A stretch of DNA of 64,000 bases from assembly GCA_963696385.1 (NCBI GenBank), contig CAVOKF010000004.1:800001-864000 (forward strand), read 5' to 3'. Positions 63,491-64,000 of this stretch are shown here, in pieces (the stretch's first letter is position 1; every line of letters begins with the position of its first letter). Both the position numbers and the translations under genes were made by a program. Origin of the DNA: an uncultured delta proteobacterium. Its GTDB lineage: Bacteria; Myxococcota_A; Polyangia; Polyangiales; Polyangiaceae. Under the pieces are notes generated by a model that was given only the letters and a program-made list of their open reading frames with translations, did not search any database and was not told the DNA's origin.

Positions 63491-63616
63491 GATTGCGGCC
63501 CAAGTACTCGTAGCGCTGTCCGTCCACCGCGTCTTGGCAGAAAGCCTACACGAGCTCATCCAAACAATCAGCGCTCCGGCCCGCGATAGCGTGGCCGTGT
63601 TCCTGGCCCTGTGGCG

Positions 63617-64000
63617 TCAGAGTCCTTCGGCAATGGCACGTCCAAAGGCCGCGCGCGCCCGCTCGAGGTCGAACTGCCCGAGCGCCAGTTGAATCTCGGC
63701 ATCGGTCCGGACGGCTTCGGCGTCCGCGAGCTCGACGGCGTTGCCGATCCCCGCCCCAAAGCGCGCATCGGCCTGCCGCCAGTTGGCGCGCGCCGCGACC
63801 ACCGAGTTTTCAAGCGCTACGATGGTGGACCGGGCGACTTGCACGTGTTCGAACGTTTCTCGAACTTGCGCCAGGACCTGCAGGCGTACGACGTCGATCT
63901 CGTCGCGACGCACTTGCTCTTCGGCGACCGCGGCGTCGCGGCGGGCCACGACGACGCCGTCGAACAGCGGCCAGATCAAAAGAAGTCCCGCATCCCAGTT
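63617..64000 (-). CDS. TolC family outer-membrane efflux protein, C-terminal part (partial)
   Basis: WPLFDG, ARFGAGIG, ELADA, RARAAFGRAI. Confidence 0.85.
   Translation of the reverse strand, partial: NWDAGLLLIWPLFDGVVVARRDAAVAEEQVRRDEIDVVRLQVLAQVRETFEHVQVARSTIVALENSVVAARANWRQADARFGAGIGNAVELADAEAVRTDAEIQLALGQFDLERARAAFGRAIAEGL

Noticed and set aside
1..64000. Many long overlapping or antisense ORFs (e.g. 15309..16991 -, 7711..9231 +, 31805..33811 -, 62213..63589 +)
   Set aside because: Shadow frames of real genes in high-GC DNA; Arg/Ala/Pro-rich with no recognisable motifs.

Overview
GC-rich bacterial DNA whose gene content (Ser/Thr kinase with PEGA domain, DUF1592/DUF1552 pair, MYXO-CTERM-like protein, many lipoproteins with Ser/Gly/Asp-rich linkers) points to Myxococcota, probably Polyangiales (inference). 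It holds about 50 mostly accessory genes: an outer-membrane/chemoreceptor cluster, cardiolipin synthase, signalling genes, a copper ATPase/heme/SelO/HtrA/Hsp20 stress block, small metabolic genes, a run of lipid-anchored carbohydrate-active and CAP-domain proteins, gnd, and an RND efflux locus with a sigma54 response regulator. Seven otherwise intact genes are broken by single-base frameshifts, most likely assembly errors. I saw no rRNA, tRNA, CRISPR array or transposase. The most notable signals are divergent sigma54 promoters sharing a tandem 17-bp enhancer-like repeat between a knottin-like mini-lipoprotein and the RND operon, a CTAG-flanked ~92-bp MITE-like hairpin, a CIRCE-like operator over the Hsp20 promoter, an eqolisin-like lipoprotein, and a shared acidic DAG/DGG linker signature in surface lipoproteins. 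All family calls come from motif recognition by eye; no database searches were run.
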